Shown: piece after piece, positions 10,272 to 20,025 of the stretch
How positions within the stretch are numbered: the stretch's first letter is position 1
How the letters are laid out: every line of letters begins with the position of its first letter
NCBI GenBank assembly: GCA_013178415.1
Contig: JABLXA010000017.1
Coordinates: forward strand, 69,747 to 133,746
Direction: 5' to 3'
DNA from: Bacillota bacterium
Lineage (GTDB): Bacteria; Bacillota; SHA-98; Ch115
Length of the DNA stretch: 64,000 nt
Notes under the pieces: model-generated
Databases searched by the model: none
Told to the model about the DNA's origin: nothing
Seen by the model: only the letters and a program-made list of their open reading frames with translations
Program-made: the position numbers and the translations under genes

Positions 10272-10304
10272 GGCGCAGCCGCGTCGCCGCGCCCTTTATG
10301 GAGG

Positions 10305-10341
10305 GGCGGCGAAAATACCATCAAGGGGTATTCTCGCCGCC
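10305..10341. terminator. Hairpin between convergent genes, possibly a bidirectional terminator
   Basis: GGCGGCGAAAATACC / GGTATTCTCGCCGCC arms with one mismatch. Confidence 0.55.
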
Positions 10342-10350
10342 CGTTATCAC

Positions 10351-11028
10351 CTATGCCGCCGGGAAATCCCGCTGGCCATACTGGTTTAGGTAATAGCTTC
10401 TCATAAAATCGATGTCTTCCTGAGATAGGGATTTTAACCCCCCCACCAATCCGCCGAGCACTGTCATCTGGGCTGCCTTCTCTACTATAAGGCAGATCTT
10501 AAGTGCTTCCGCCAGCGAGGAGGCGAACCCCACGACGCCATGATTGGCGAGGAGAACCGCGTTGCGTCCCTCCGCCGCTTCCAGGGCATACCTGCCGAGT
10601 TCGGGCGTCCCCGGGAGGGCGTATGATGCGACCTTCACCCCTCCCCCGACTATCTGAACCAATTCTTCAACGACGGGCGGAATTCCCCGATGCGCACACG
10701 CCAGGATGGTTGCCCAGGTACTATGTGTATGGACTACCGCCCTCGCCTCCGGCCTGCCCTTATAGACAGCTAAGTGGAGAGGAACTTCTGTAGAGGGCTT
10801 CCTTTTGCCATCAACCACATTCCCTTCCAGGTCTATTATCACGATATCTTCCTGCATTATCTCGTCGTAAGGTATTCCGCTCGGAGTGATTGCTACATAA
10901 CCCGAATCTGCTACCCTGGCACTCAGGTTGCCCCATGTGCCTATCACAAGATTGGACCCGAGCATTACCTTGCCTGCTTTTACTACTTGATTACGTACCT
11001 CCTGGATATCTGCTGAAACACCTGACAA
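10351..11028 (-). CDS. Class II aldolase/adducin family protein (FucA/Ald2/DrdA-like)
   Basis: GNLSAR, ITPSG, KPSTEVPLH, HTHS and ANHG Zn motifs; probable TTG start at 11028. Confidence 0.88.
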   Translation of the reverse strand: MSGVSADIQEVRNQVVKAGKVMLGSNLVIGTWGNLSARVADSGYVAITPSGIPYDEIMQEDIVIIDLEGNVVDGKRKPSTEVPLHLAVYKGRPEARAVVHTHSTWATILACAHRGIPPVVEELVQIVGGGVKVASYALPGTPELGRYALEAAEGRNAVLLANHGVVGFASSLAEALKICLIVEKAAQMTVLGGLVGGLKSLSQEDIDFMRSYYLNQYGQRDFPAA

Positions 11029-11047
11029 ATCAATTCCCCCTCGCAAG

Positions 11048-12370
11048 TCAGCGGGTTATCCCCTCAGCTGTCACCATTCCGTGAATCAATGGGGTCGGCG
11101 AAACCGGTTCCTTACTGATGCTAAATGAGCTCTTGATTTGATCCACTGCCCTTTCTGCCTTTCCCCTGTCATTGGCGTGAACTACTGCTATAGGTTCGCC
11201 GCTTGCCACCCGGTCGCCCATCTTTTTCAATAGAACGACTCCTACCGAATAGTCGATGGCATCCTCTTTCTTCTCGCGACCCGCCCCCAACATCATAGAA
11301 GCCCTACCGATCTCTTCAGCATCGATAGCCTTCACAAAGCCAGATCTATCGCTGGTGACGGGTACCTTGAGCGCGGCATCTGGAAGCATCTCTGGATTGT
11401 CAGCCACGGTCGGATTCGCTCCCTGGGCCTCGAGAAGCTCTCTGAGTTTATCAAGCGCCCTGCCGCTTGTTACCGCTTCTTTGATCTTTGCTCTCCCATC
11501 CTCGAAATCCGCTGTCTTGCCCGCCAGGGTAAGCATATGGCCTCCCAGCGTTACGCATAACTCGTAGAAATCACCCGGCCCCTCACCTTTCAGCGTTGCG
11601 ATTGCTTCTTTGACTTCTAGCGCATTGCCAACGGCATATCCAAGCGGTTGCGACATATCAGTGATCACAGCTACAACCTTACGGCCCACCTCGGTTCCTA
11701 TGGCCACCATGGTGGATGCCAGGTTGAATGCGTCATCAAGCGATTTCATGAACGAACCTTTCCCTGTCTTGACGTCAAGGACAATGGCATCAGCCCCAGA
11801 GGCGATCTTCTTTGACATGATGCTAGCTGCGATCAAGGGGACGCTGTCGATAGTCGCCGTCACATCCCGCAAAGCATAGATCTTCTTATCCGCGGGAGCC
11901 AGATTACCAGTCTGGCCGGATAGTGCGATGCCAATCCTGTTGACATTAGCAACGAATTGTTCCATGCTCAATGCAACATTGAACCCGGGTATTGACTCTA
12001 GTTTATCTATGGTCCCACCAGCAAAGCCCAGAGCCCGCCCTGACATCTTGGCGACTGGGGCTCCGCATGCCGCCACCATGGGCCCAAGCGCAATAGTCGT
12101 CTTGTCTCCCACGCCGCCTGTGCTGTGCTTATCCACCTTGATACCCTTGATGGCGCTGAGATCGATCTGATCGCCGGATTTTGCCATGCACAATGTGAGT
12201 TCAGATGTCTCCTTTGGAGACATGCCGCGGATGAAAACTGCCATAAGAAAAGCCGCCATCTGATAATCAGGAATATCGCCTGCTACAAATCCATTGACGA
12301 TGAACTTGATCTCATCACCGGACAACTCATGCCCATCCCGTTTCTTAGCGATGATATCATATGCCCTCAT
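11048..12370 (-). CDS. pdp: Pyrimidine-nucleoside phosphorylase (thymidine phosphorylase family)
   Basis: DKHSTGGVGDK, GGTIDKLESIPG, ALRDVTAT and SIMSKK motifs; 440 aa. Confidence 0.9.
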   Translation of the reverse strand: MRAYDIIAKKRDGHELSGDEIKFIVNGFVAGDIPDYQMAAFLMAVFIRGMSPKETSELTLCMAKSGDQIDLSAIKGIKVDKHSTGGVGDKTTIALGPMVAACGAPVAKMSGRALGFAGGTIDKLESIPGFNVALSMEQFVANVNRIGIALSGQTGNLAPADKKIYALRDVTATIDSVPLIAASIMSKKIASGADAIVLDVKTGKGSFMKSLDDAFNLASTMVAIGTEVGRKVVAVITDMSQPLGYAVGNALEVKEAIATLKGEGPGDFYELCVTLGGHMLTLAGKTADFEDGRAKIKEAVTSGRALDKLRELLEAQGANPTVADNPEMLPDAALKVPVTSDRSGFVKAIDAEEIGRASMMLGAGREKKEDAIDYSVGVVLLKKMGDRVASGEPIAVVHANDRGKAERAVDQIKSSFSISKEPVSPTPLIHGMVTAEGITR

Positions 12371-12418
12371 TCATCTCAGCCCCTTCTCGCCCCTGTGCCC
12401 TGGGGCGTCTCTTATATT

Positions 12419-13468
12419 TTACTTGTCCTTGGACTGCCTTTCGAAAGCCGCCTTGATGGAGATCTCAAATGGGGGGCGGAGGATTCCAACCTCAGTTATG
12501 ATCCCATCAAGATATCTATGCGGGGTCACGTCGAAAGCAGGATTGAATACCTTGATCCCATCAGGTGCCACCTGTACCCCTCCGAAATGCGTCACTTCCT
12601 CTGGATTTCTTTCCTCAATGGGAATTTCCTCTCCTGTCTTTATGGACGGATCAATTGTTGAAAGCGGGGCAGCCGTAAAGACTGGAATGCCATTTTCTTT
12701 CGCCAGGACTGCCACGCTATAAGACCCGATTTTGTTGGCTGTATCTCCGTTGGCTGCGATCCTATCAGCCCCGAATATGACGAGATCCACGTATCCCTTG
12801 TGCAAGACATAGCCAGCCATATTATCCGTTATCAAAGTGACCGGGATACCATCTTGCATGAGTTCCCAGGCAGTAAGCCGTGCCCCCTGCAGTAGCGGTC
12901 TGGTCTCATCTGCAAACACCTGAATATCTTTCCCTGCCTCATGCGCTGCGCGCACCACGCCCAGGACCGTGCCATAACCTGCTGTGGCAAGTGCCCCGGC
13001 ATTGCAATGTGTCAGGATACGCGCGCCCTGAGGCACAATTTCATTTCCATTGCGGCCTATTTTCCTGTTAGTCTCCAGATCTTCCTCGTGAATCTTCTGA
13101 GCTTCCTCTAGAAGACTCTTTCTTATTATTCCAATATCAGAGGTGCTGCAGTTCTCTAGCTTATTCTTCATGCGCCGCAGCGCCCAGAAAAGGTTCACAG
13201 CCGTGGGTCTGGTCGCGCCCAGGGTCTCAGATACTTCTTCCATGTGGCTCAGGAAACCCGCCCTGTCTGTGCCCCTATATTCGTTTGCCCCCAGCACGAT
13301 CCCGTATGCAGCCGCGACTCCGATGGCCGGCGCGCCGCGCACCACCAATTTCTTTATAGCGCTTGCCAGCGTCTGATGATCTTTACAATGAACATATTCA
13401 ACAGATAATGGCAATTTAGTTTGATCAAGAAGAATGAGCGTATCATTCTCCCATCTTATAGCCTCCAT
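12419..13468 (-). CDS. mtnA: Methylthioribose-1-phosphate isomerase family (eIF2B-like)
   Basis: VRGAPAIG, RPTAVNL, THCNAGALAT, ETRPLLQGARLTAWEL and NPAFDVTP motifs. Confidence 0.93.
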   Translation of the reverse strand: MEAIRWENDTLILLDQTKLPLSVEYVHCKDHQTLASAIKKLVVRGAPAIGVAAAYGIVLGANEYRGTDRAGFLSHMEEVSETLGATRPTAVNLFWALRRMKNKLENCSTSDIGIIRKSLLEEAQKIHEEDLETNRKIGRNGNEIVPQGARILTHCNAGALATAGYGTVLGVVRAAHEAGKDIQVFADETRPLLQGARLTAWELMQDGIPVTLITDNMAGYVLHKGYVDLVIFGADRIAANGDTANKIGSYSVAVLAKENGIPVFTAAPLSTIDPSIKTGEEIPIEERNPEEVTHFGGVQVAPDGIKVFNPAFDVTPHRYLDGIITEVGILRPPFEISIKAAFERQSKDK

Positions 13469-13581
13469 CTAGCTCTAACCTCCCAAAATCTATACGGAAA
13501 ACAATCCGCTGTCGATTTCTATCTTTCTCCGGCGCCATCCAGGAGCCGGTATGGTAGATTGCGGGCAAATTCAACGTCAAT

Positions 13582-14505
13582 CTAATCCTCTTCATATGGC
13601 TTGTTTATGGCGGAAGGCGCCCTGGACTTTCCCACAACTCCGGCCAGCGCGATTATGGTAACCAGATAGGGGACCATCTGGATAAACTGCACGGGCAAGG
13701 AAGCCATCTGCAGTCGCATCTGTAAGGCATCGGCAAAACCGAAGAAGATGGCGGCAGCCAGAACGCCCAGCGGTTTCCATTTGCCGAGGATAAGCGCGGC
13801 CAGGGCGATGTAACCGCGACCCGCAGTCATGTCCCTCCTGAATGTGTCGACCAACCCGATTGAGAGGTAAGCTCCGGCAAGCCCCGCCAGCAAGCCGCTT
13901 ATTATCACCCCTATATATCTCAACCTGTTTACCCGAATACCAGCCGTCGCAACCGCTTCTGGCAATTCCCCTGCAGCCCTTATCCGCAGGCCAAATGCCG
14001 TATGGTAGACCACCCACCGGGCCATGAACGGAAGAACAAGCGCCAGGTAGACTACCCAAAGCTGCCCATTCAGCACCGGGCCGATTACTGGTATTTTGGA
14101 AAGAAGGGGTACATTCACGGCGGAAATCCTGACACTGACCGCCTTTGAGTTTCCTACTGAGCCGAATACAAGGGCCAGCAGATATTGCGTAATGCCGGAC
14201 GCAAAGATATTGATGGCGATGCCGGTCACAATTTGATCCGCCTTGTATCGAACGCTAAATAGAGCATGAACGCCAGCCATAAGTCCACCGGCGACAATTG
14301 CGGCGAGAATCCCTAGCGACACGTTTTGAGTCAAGTAGGTTATCACCGAACCGGCGAATGCCCCACACAACATCATGCCCTCGATCCCCAGGTTGGTAAC
14401 CCCAGATAATTCGGAAAACATCGCCCCAGTAGAAGCAAGGATGAGGGGGGTTGCCATCCGCAGGGTCGCGGCAAAAAGGTAGACACTTTGGACCCCTTCA
14501 AACAT
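13582..14505 (-). CDS. Nucleoside ABC transporter permease (NupC/YufQ-like)
   Basis: SELSGVTNLGIEGMML and GRGYIALAALILGKW motifs. Confidence 0.88.
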   Translation of the reverse strand: MFEGVQSVYLFAATLRMATPLILASTGAMFSELSGVTNLGIEGMMLCGAFAGSVITYLTQNVSLGILAAIVAGGLMAGVHALFSVRYKADQIVTGIAINIFASGITQYLLALVFGSVGNSKAVSVRISAVNVPLLSKIPVIGPVLNGQLWVVYLALVLPFMARWVVYHTAFGLRIRAAGELPEAVATAGIRVNRLRYIGVIISGLLAGLAGAYLSIGLVDTFRRDMTAGRGYIALAALILGKWKPLGVLAAAIFFGFADALQMRLQMASLPVQFIQMVPYLVTIIALAGVVGKSRAPSAINKPYEED

Positions 14506-15559
14506 GTTCTGGTTCTCCTCTTTTCGTCAATGATTTATGCTCCATGAGCTTGTGGAGGCCAAAGTCAGCCGTCACCATAAAGATAATGGTAGCCTGCAAT
14601 ATGGTGATCAGGTCCACCGGGATATTGGTAGCCAGATTCATCTGGAAACCGCCACTATTTAGAGCGCCAAAGAGGAGTGCGGCTGCAACGACTCCCAAAG
14701 GATGGGTGCGGCCCAATAGAGCTACCGCGATACCCTCAAAACCATAGCCAGGTGAAAATGCATTGTAGAAAGAGCCGTAAACGCCCAGAACCCTTTCAAT
14801 GCCTGCGAGGGCCGCCAGGGCTCCACTCAACCCCATTGCCGCCACTATAATACGGTCTATTCTAATTCCGCCATATCGAGCAGCGTTGGGATTCTTGCCA
14901 ACCGCCCTTATCCTATAGCCCAAAATAGTATGCCATAGCAGAACATAAACAGCCAGAGTTGTAAGTAGCGCTAGGATTAGACCGTAGTTCAGGCGCGAAT
15001 ATGGAACCAGGGTTCCCAGCCTGGCTGTAGTTAACACGTCAGGGGTCTTGGGCGTACCTCCGGGCGCTTTCCAGGGTCCAACGACCAGGTAATTGGTCAA
15101 TGAATAGGAAATGTAATTCATCATGATAGTAGTCACGACTTCATGTGCCCCGAATTTCGCCTTGAGCAACCCCGGGATTAATCCCCACACACCTCCGCCA
15201 AGCATTCCGGCCAGAATTGCGAGGGGCAAGTGCAGAAAACCCGGCAGTCCATGAATAGAGAATCCAACCCAGGCCGCCATGATCCCGCCCACATAAAGCT
15301 GGCCCTCTGCCCCGATATTGAAGACTCCGGCCCGCATCGCTAGACTGACAGCTAACCCTGTAAAGATCAAGGGAGATGAATACATCAGTGTGTCCGCGAT
15401 TTTTCTAGAATTTCCGAAGGCTCCTTTCAGGAGCGCTCCATATCCTGTGAGGGGACTTACCCCGGCCACCATCATAAGTAGCGATCCCAGCAATGCTGCC
15501 AGCAATACGGCTATCAAGGTGGGGGCAATCGCCAACACCTTTTCTTCTTTTTCCGACAT
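14498..15559 (-). CDS. Nucleoside ABC transporter permease (NupB/YufP-like)
   Basis: FNIGAEGQ, HEVVTTIMMNY and GYGFEGIAVALLG motifs; start reassigned to MSEKE. Confidence 0.88.
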   Translation of the reverse strand: MSEKEEKVLAIAPTLIAVLLAALLGSLLMMVAGVSPLTGYGALLKGAFGNSRKIADTLMYSSPLIFTGLAVSLAMRAGVFNIGAEGQLYVGGIMAAWVGFSIHGLPGFLHLPLAILAGMLGGGVWGLIPGLLKAKFGAHEVVTTIMMNYISYSLTNYLVVGPWKAPGGTPKTPDVLTTARLGTLVPYSRLNYGLILALLTTLAVYVLLWHTILGYRIRAVGKNPNAARYGGIRIDRIIVAAMGLSGALAALAGIERVLGVYGSFYNAFSPGYGFEGIAVALLGRTHPLGVVAAALLFGALNSGGFQMNLATNIPVDLITILQATIIFMVTADFGLHKLMEHKSLTKRGEPEHV

Positions 15560-15575
15560 CCAGGACACTCCTTCA

Positions 15576-17120
15576 TCAAGCCCCTGCTTCCGCGTCAGCT
15601 CGAATTTCTGGATCAACCCTTGCGCCTGTCATATAGAGCCCGAGGATATTCTGATCCACCTGATCTGAGCCGAACTCGGCCACTATTTTCCCTTCATACA
15701 TTACCTCAATACAATCTGCCAGACTTGTTATTTCATCTAGATCAGCTGAGACAAGCAGGATAGCCTTGCCGCTATCCCTCATCTTCAGGATCTGCCGATG
15801 AATGAACTCTATTGCGCCGACATCAACGCCTCGTGTTGGCTGGGAGATGATCAAAAGACACGGATCGCAGCTCAACTCTCGCGAGAGCACGATCTTTTGC
15901 TGATTCCCGCCAGATAACGTGCTGACCGGTATTGAAATCGATGATGCGCGCACATCAAATGTTGATGTGAGTCTTTTTGCCATTTCATCGATGGACGCCA
16001 GGTCAAGGAACGGCCCGCGGTGATATTTGCGATCCCCTTCAAAGCCTAAGAGCACATTCTCTGATATGCTAAAATCAAGTATCAGCCCGTGCTTGTGCCG
16101 GTCCTCTGGAACGAATGCAACCCCGGCTTTTCGAATCTGGTCCGGTCCTAACCGCGTTGTTTCACGGCCATTCAGTCTGATATTTCCTCTAACCGGGCGC
16201 CGCATCCCGGCGATGGCTTCAAACAATTCGGTCTGCCCGTTTCCTTCTACGCCCGCAATGCCGACAATCTCCCCGGCTCGGACCTTCAAAGAGATCCCTT
16301 TCACCGCCGGCAGGCCGCGGTCATTTTGCACATATAGATTATTTATGTCTAGCACCACCGGACCCGGTGACGCAGGTTTCTTTTCGAGAGTGAGTATGAC
16401 CCTGCGTCCCACCATCATTTCCGCCAGCTCTTCCGTGCCTGTCTCATCCTTCTTGACGGTGGCGATCACTCGACCTTTTCTCATGACAGTGATGCGATCA
16501 CACAAGGCCATCACTTCCTTAAGCTTATGGGTAATGAAGATGATGGTCTTGCCTGCTTCCTTTAGGGTGCGTACGATCTCGAAAAAGCCCTCTGTCTCCT
16601 GCGGAGTCAGCACAGCAGTAGGTTCATCAAAGATAAGTATGTCGCCCCCTCTGTAGAGGACCTTGATGATCTCTACCCTCTGCTGCATCCCGGCGCTTAT
16701 GTCCTCGACCTTTGCGTCTAGGTCGACAGAAAGGGAATATTCTTCTGAGATGCGACGGATCTCACCGCTCGCAGATCCCAAATCCAGTTTCAAGCCCTTC
16801 ACAGGCTCCTTCCCCAGGACGATATTCTCCAAAACCGTGAGGGTGGGCACCAGCATGAAATGCTGGTGTACCATCCCAATACCAGCGTGCATGGCCTGAA
16901 TTGGACTATGAAACCTCACCGGCTTCCCCCTCAGGAAGATCTCACCATCATCAGGTGAGAGCAGGCCGTACAGGATCTTCATGAGAGTCGTCTTGCCAGC
17001 GCCATTTTCACCTATAAGGGCATGGATCTCGCCTTGCTCCACAGAGAAGGTCACATGATCATTTGCCACAACCGGACCAAACCGTTTCGTTATATCCTGA
17101 ACTTCTAATATCGGCGTCAA
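15576..17120 (-). CDS. Nucleoside ABC transporter ATP-binding protein (NupA/YufO-like)
   Basis: [28 protein letters not shown] and QPTRGVD motifs. Confidence 0.9.
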   Translation of the reverse strand: MTPILEVQDITKRFGPVVANDHVTFSVEQGEIHALIGENGAGKTTLMKILYGLLSPDDGEIFLRGKPVRFHSPIQAMHAGIGMVHQHFMLVPTLTVLENIVLGKEPVKGLKLDLGSASGEIRRISEEYSLSVDLDAKVEDISAGMQQRVEIIKVLYRGGDILIFDEPTAVLTPQETEGFFEIVRTLKEAGKTIIFITHKLKEVMALCDRITVMRKGRVIATVKKDETGTEELAEMMVGRRVILTLEKKPASPGPVVLDINNLYVQNDRGLPAVKGISLKVRAGEIVGIAGVEGNGQTELFEAIAGMRRPVRGNIRLNGRETTRLGPDQIRKAGVAFVPEDRHKHGLILDFSISENVLLGFEGDRKYHRGPFLDLASIDEMAKRLTSTFDVRASSISIPVSTLSGGNQQKIVLSRELSCDPCLLIISQPTRGVDVGAIEFIHRQILKMRDSGKAILLVSADLDEITSLADCIEVMYEGKIVAEFGSDQVDQNILGLYMTGARVDPEIRADAEAGA

Positions 17121-17138
17121 AGCCCTCGCTCCCCTGCT

Positions 17139-18170
17139 CTATTGTTCCATGGGATCTGTGACCTTGATATCTCCATCAATGATCTTCTGGCGTATTTCTG
17201 CCAGTTTGTCTTTCACTTCCTGGGGAACCTTGTCGGCTGTGTATTCGAAGTCCGCCAGCCCGACTCCGTTCTCAGCGAGGCCATATATATTGATGCCTGC
17301 TTTGAAATTGCCCTCTGAGTATGCCTTGATGGTATCATACACTGCCACATCCACCTTTTTCATCATGCTGGTCAAGACGATTCCCGGGGCGACGCTGTTC
17401 TGATTTACATCCTCGCCTATCATCCATGTTTTAGTCTCCTTGGCTCCCTCTATCACGCCCAGGCCAGTAGGTCCAGCGGCATGGAACAGCACATCCGCGC
17501 CATGCTGGACCTGAGCCAGCGCCAATTCCTTACCGGCCGCAGGATTGTTAAATGCAGATGGATCGGTGCCAGCGTAATTTGTAATTACCGTCACGTTAGG
17601 ATTTACATACTGAGCCCCTTCTTTATATCCCACTTCAAAGCGCTCGATCAAAGGCATCTTGAGAGCTCCAACAAAGCCTATCTTATTGCTCTTAGTCATC
17701 ATGCCAGCCAGGGCGCCAGCCAGGAATGAACCTTCATGTTCCTTGAATGCAATAGAAGCTACATTAGGTAGATCCACAGGAACATCCACCATCACAAACT
17801 TGCTGTTAGGAAACTCTTTGGCTACTTTTTCCAATGATTCTTTCATCATAAAGCCAATTCCTATGGTTAGATCATAGTTATTCTCGGCTAGATACCGCAG
17901 GCTTTCCTCATCTGAAGCCATTTGTTTGGGCTCGATGATCTTTATTTCGGCCCCGAGTTCTTTCTCCGCCCGCTCAACAGCGGCTATTGCCATATCATTG
18001 AATCCGTTGTCGCCCCTGCCTCCCACAGACAGAACCAATCCGATCCTTAGCTTATGATCTTGCTCACCGGCTACCGGACCGCCAGGTTTCCTATTCCCCT
18101 GATAGACGACGGCCGAAATAGCTGCAAGCACTACGACAATTAAAGCAACCACTATCCAACGCTTACCCAT
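17139..18170 (-). CDS. BMP-family (PnrA/NupN-like) nucleoside-binding protein
   Basis: GGRGDNGFN, FKEHEGSFLAG and SMMKKVD motifs; N-terminal hydrophobic anchor with no Cys. Confidence 0.88.
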   Translation of the reverse strand: MGKRWIVVALIVVVLAAISAVVYQGNRKPGGPVAGEQDHKLRIGLVLSVGGRGDNGFNDMAIAAVERAEKELGAEIKIIEPKQMASDEESLRYLAENNYDLTIGIGFMMKESLEKVAKEFPNSKFVMVDVPVDLPNVASIAFKEHEGSFLAGALAGMMTKSNKIGFVGALKMPLIERFEVGYKEGAQYVNPNVTVITNYAGTDPSAFNNPAAGKELALAQVQHGADVLFHAAGPTGLGVIEGAKETKTWMIGEDVNQNSVAPGIVLTSMMKKVDVAVYDTIKAYSEGNFKAGINIYGLAENGVGLADFEYTADKVPQEVKDKLAEIRQKIIDGDIKVTDPMEQ

Positions 18171-18270
18171 TTTGTCTCCTCCCCTTCAAAAGTCCCTTGA
18201 TCGGATTTGCCAGATCAAGACGCAAAATCCAGATGAACACTTGAGCTGAGCAGTTGATGACGTCTCATTT

Positions 18271-19035
18271 CTATGGTGCAATGATTACCTTGACTCCAAC
18301 TTCCTGTAACCTCTCTACCTCCTCCTCTGGCGCGCCCGCTGTGGTGATCAAAACATCGATTCTTTCGATAGGGCAGACCTGCATGAAGGCTACCCGACCA
18401 AATTTGCTTGGGTCTACCAGCGCGATCACCTGCTGCGCTATATCCATCATGGCCTTCTTCATCTCTGTTTCTTCCGGAGAAGCATCAGTAAGGCCGTTTT
18501 CACAAGAGAACGCATTTGCAGAGATAAATGCCTTGTTCACCCGATAAGCGAGAAGTGATTTGACAGCTGCAGGCCCCACCAGGGACATGGCCCTCGACCT
18601 GATATTACCGCCGGTCAAATGGGTAGACACTCCGGTCCGCCTCCCTAGCTCCAGGGCAATCATGAGATTGTTAGTTACAACGGTAAGACCGGAAAATCCC
18701 TTTAATCTTTTGGCAAGTTCCAGGGCGCTGGTGCTAGCATCCAGGGCAATAGCTTCATGGTTCTGAATCAACTCCGTCGCCGCAGCTGCCATTTTGATCT
18801 TTTCGCTCAGGTTTTCTATTTTGCGTATCTCCAATGGCAGGTCAATTATCGTGCCATCACACGCCACGGCTCCGCCATGGACACGTGTAAGCTGTCCTGA
18901 TTCCTCCAGGGCCTTCAGGTCTCGTCGTATGGTCATTTCGGACAAGCCAAGGGTTTTGCTGAGGGAACTGACCTCCACCCTTCCTGTGGTCCTCAGGATT
19001 TCTATGATGCGCTCATGGCGCTCCACCGTACGCAT
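18271..19035 (-). CDS. DeoR/GlpR-family transcriptional regulator
   Basis: SEMTIRRDL HTH, RVHGGA, LDASTS and VVTNN motifs; start reassigned to MRTVER. Confidence 0.9.
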   Translation of the reverse strand: MRTVERHERIIEILRTTGRVEVSSLSKTLGLSEMTIRRDLKALEESGQLTRVHGGAVACDGTIIDLPLEIRKIENLSEKIKMAAAATELIQNHEAIALDASTSALELAKRLKGFSGLTVVTNNLMIALELGRRTGVSTHLTGGNIRSRAMSLVGPAAVKSLLAYRVNKAFISANAFSCENGLTDASPEETEMKKAMMDIAQQVIALVDPSKFGRVAFMQVCPIERIDVLITTAGAPEEEVERLQEVGVKVIIAP

Positions 19036-19393
19036 GAAACCTCCCCCGCTGTTCTGTGACATTTCAGTTTCTGTCTTATTCAAACAGTTTTTCGAGGAAA
19101 CGCTGTTCTGTTTATGTTCTAATATATTCTTTTTGAACATTTATCTGCTTCGACGTATCCTTCCGAAATCCTGCTAGTATAGGCCCGTTGGTGAGGAAGA
19201 ATTTCAACCTGAGATAGGAAACTCTGGAGCAGGCGGGCGGACATAGAAGAAATGGTCGATTATAGAAGGGAATCTTGAAAGGAATATCCCGACTCCTGGC
19301 GAAATATTTTTGGGTATTATCGTGAGGGACAGGCCTATATGGCGCTACTGGCCCTACAGATGCCTGTGCACCGAGAAAGAGGAGTGACGAGAG

Positions 19394-19639
19394 ATGTTGA
19401 AGCTTTTTTCCCGCGATCCCCTCAAGAAGTATGATGATATGTTCAAGACATCGCTCAAGATTGGACAGAGTGTCGAGACTGCGCTCCGCCAGGCCGTAGA
19501 CGCGGCTCACGCGGACGGCAAATTCGGAAGTAAGAAAGAGGCGTTAGACGCGATCGTCGAGCGAGCGAAAGGACTAGTTGACCCTGACCGCCTCCCAGAG
19601 CTTCAGAAGCAGCATAAGCGGCTCAGGGAGTTGATGTAA
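19394..19639 (+). CDS. Hypothetical 81-aa helical protein
   Basis: SD GAGGAG, natural charged and helical composition; no family recognised. Confidence 0.65.
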   Translation: MLKLFSRDPLKKYDDMFKTSLKIGQSVETALRQAVDAAHADGKFGSKKEALDAIVERAKGLVDPDRLPELQKQHKRLRELM

Positions 19640-19722
19640 CCCGCGCGGCATGGCCCGGAGATCCAGTGCGACCTGCGCGACAATGTCGGAAGATCTAGCG
19701 TGGCCCGCGCGACATGAATGGC
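19640..19722 (+). repeat. Degenerate tandem repeat with a 32-bp period (about 2.5 units)
   Basis: GCGCG(G/A)CA at 19643, 19675 and 19707; AGATC at 19659 and 19691. Confidence 0.55.
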
Positions 19723-19736
19723 CGACAAAATACCTT

Positions 19737-19791
19737 GAATGGTGAGATTGCGGAATGGACTATGCCATACCCTTGGTCAATCTCACCATTC
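19737..19791. repeat. Perfect 14-bp inverted repeat with a 27-nt loop
   Basis: GAATGGTGAGATTG ... CAATCTCACCATTC, between convergent genes. Confidence 0.7.
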
Positions 19792-20025
19792 CCGCCTGTG
19801 CAATCCATACCTCAGCATCTCCACATATTCCACCATCTCATTCAGAGCTTCTGAAAGGCCGGTCAATCCCTTACATGAGTTGGTTAGCCAATCTAGCATA
19901 ACGGGCCTCTATCTCAGCTTTTATGTCTTCCGGGACATCCTCAGTTGAAGACGGCCGGGCCCACAGATCGGGACTGCTTAACAGCGCCATCTACTCCATT
20001 CACTCAGCGCCAATTGAGAGCATCT

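Noticed and set aside
10351-11028. MtnB dehydratase of the canonical methionine salvage pathway
   Set aside because: The motifs are FucA-like, and mtnK/mtnP and mtnCDE/mtnW are absent from the cluster
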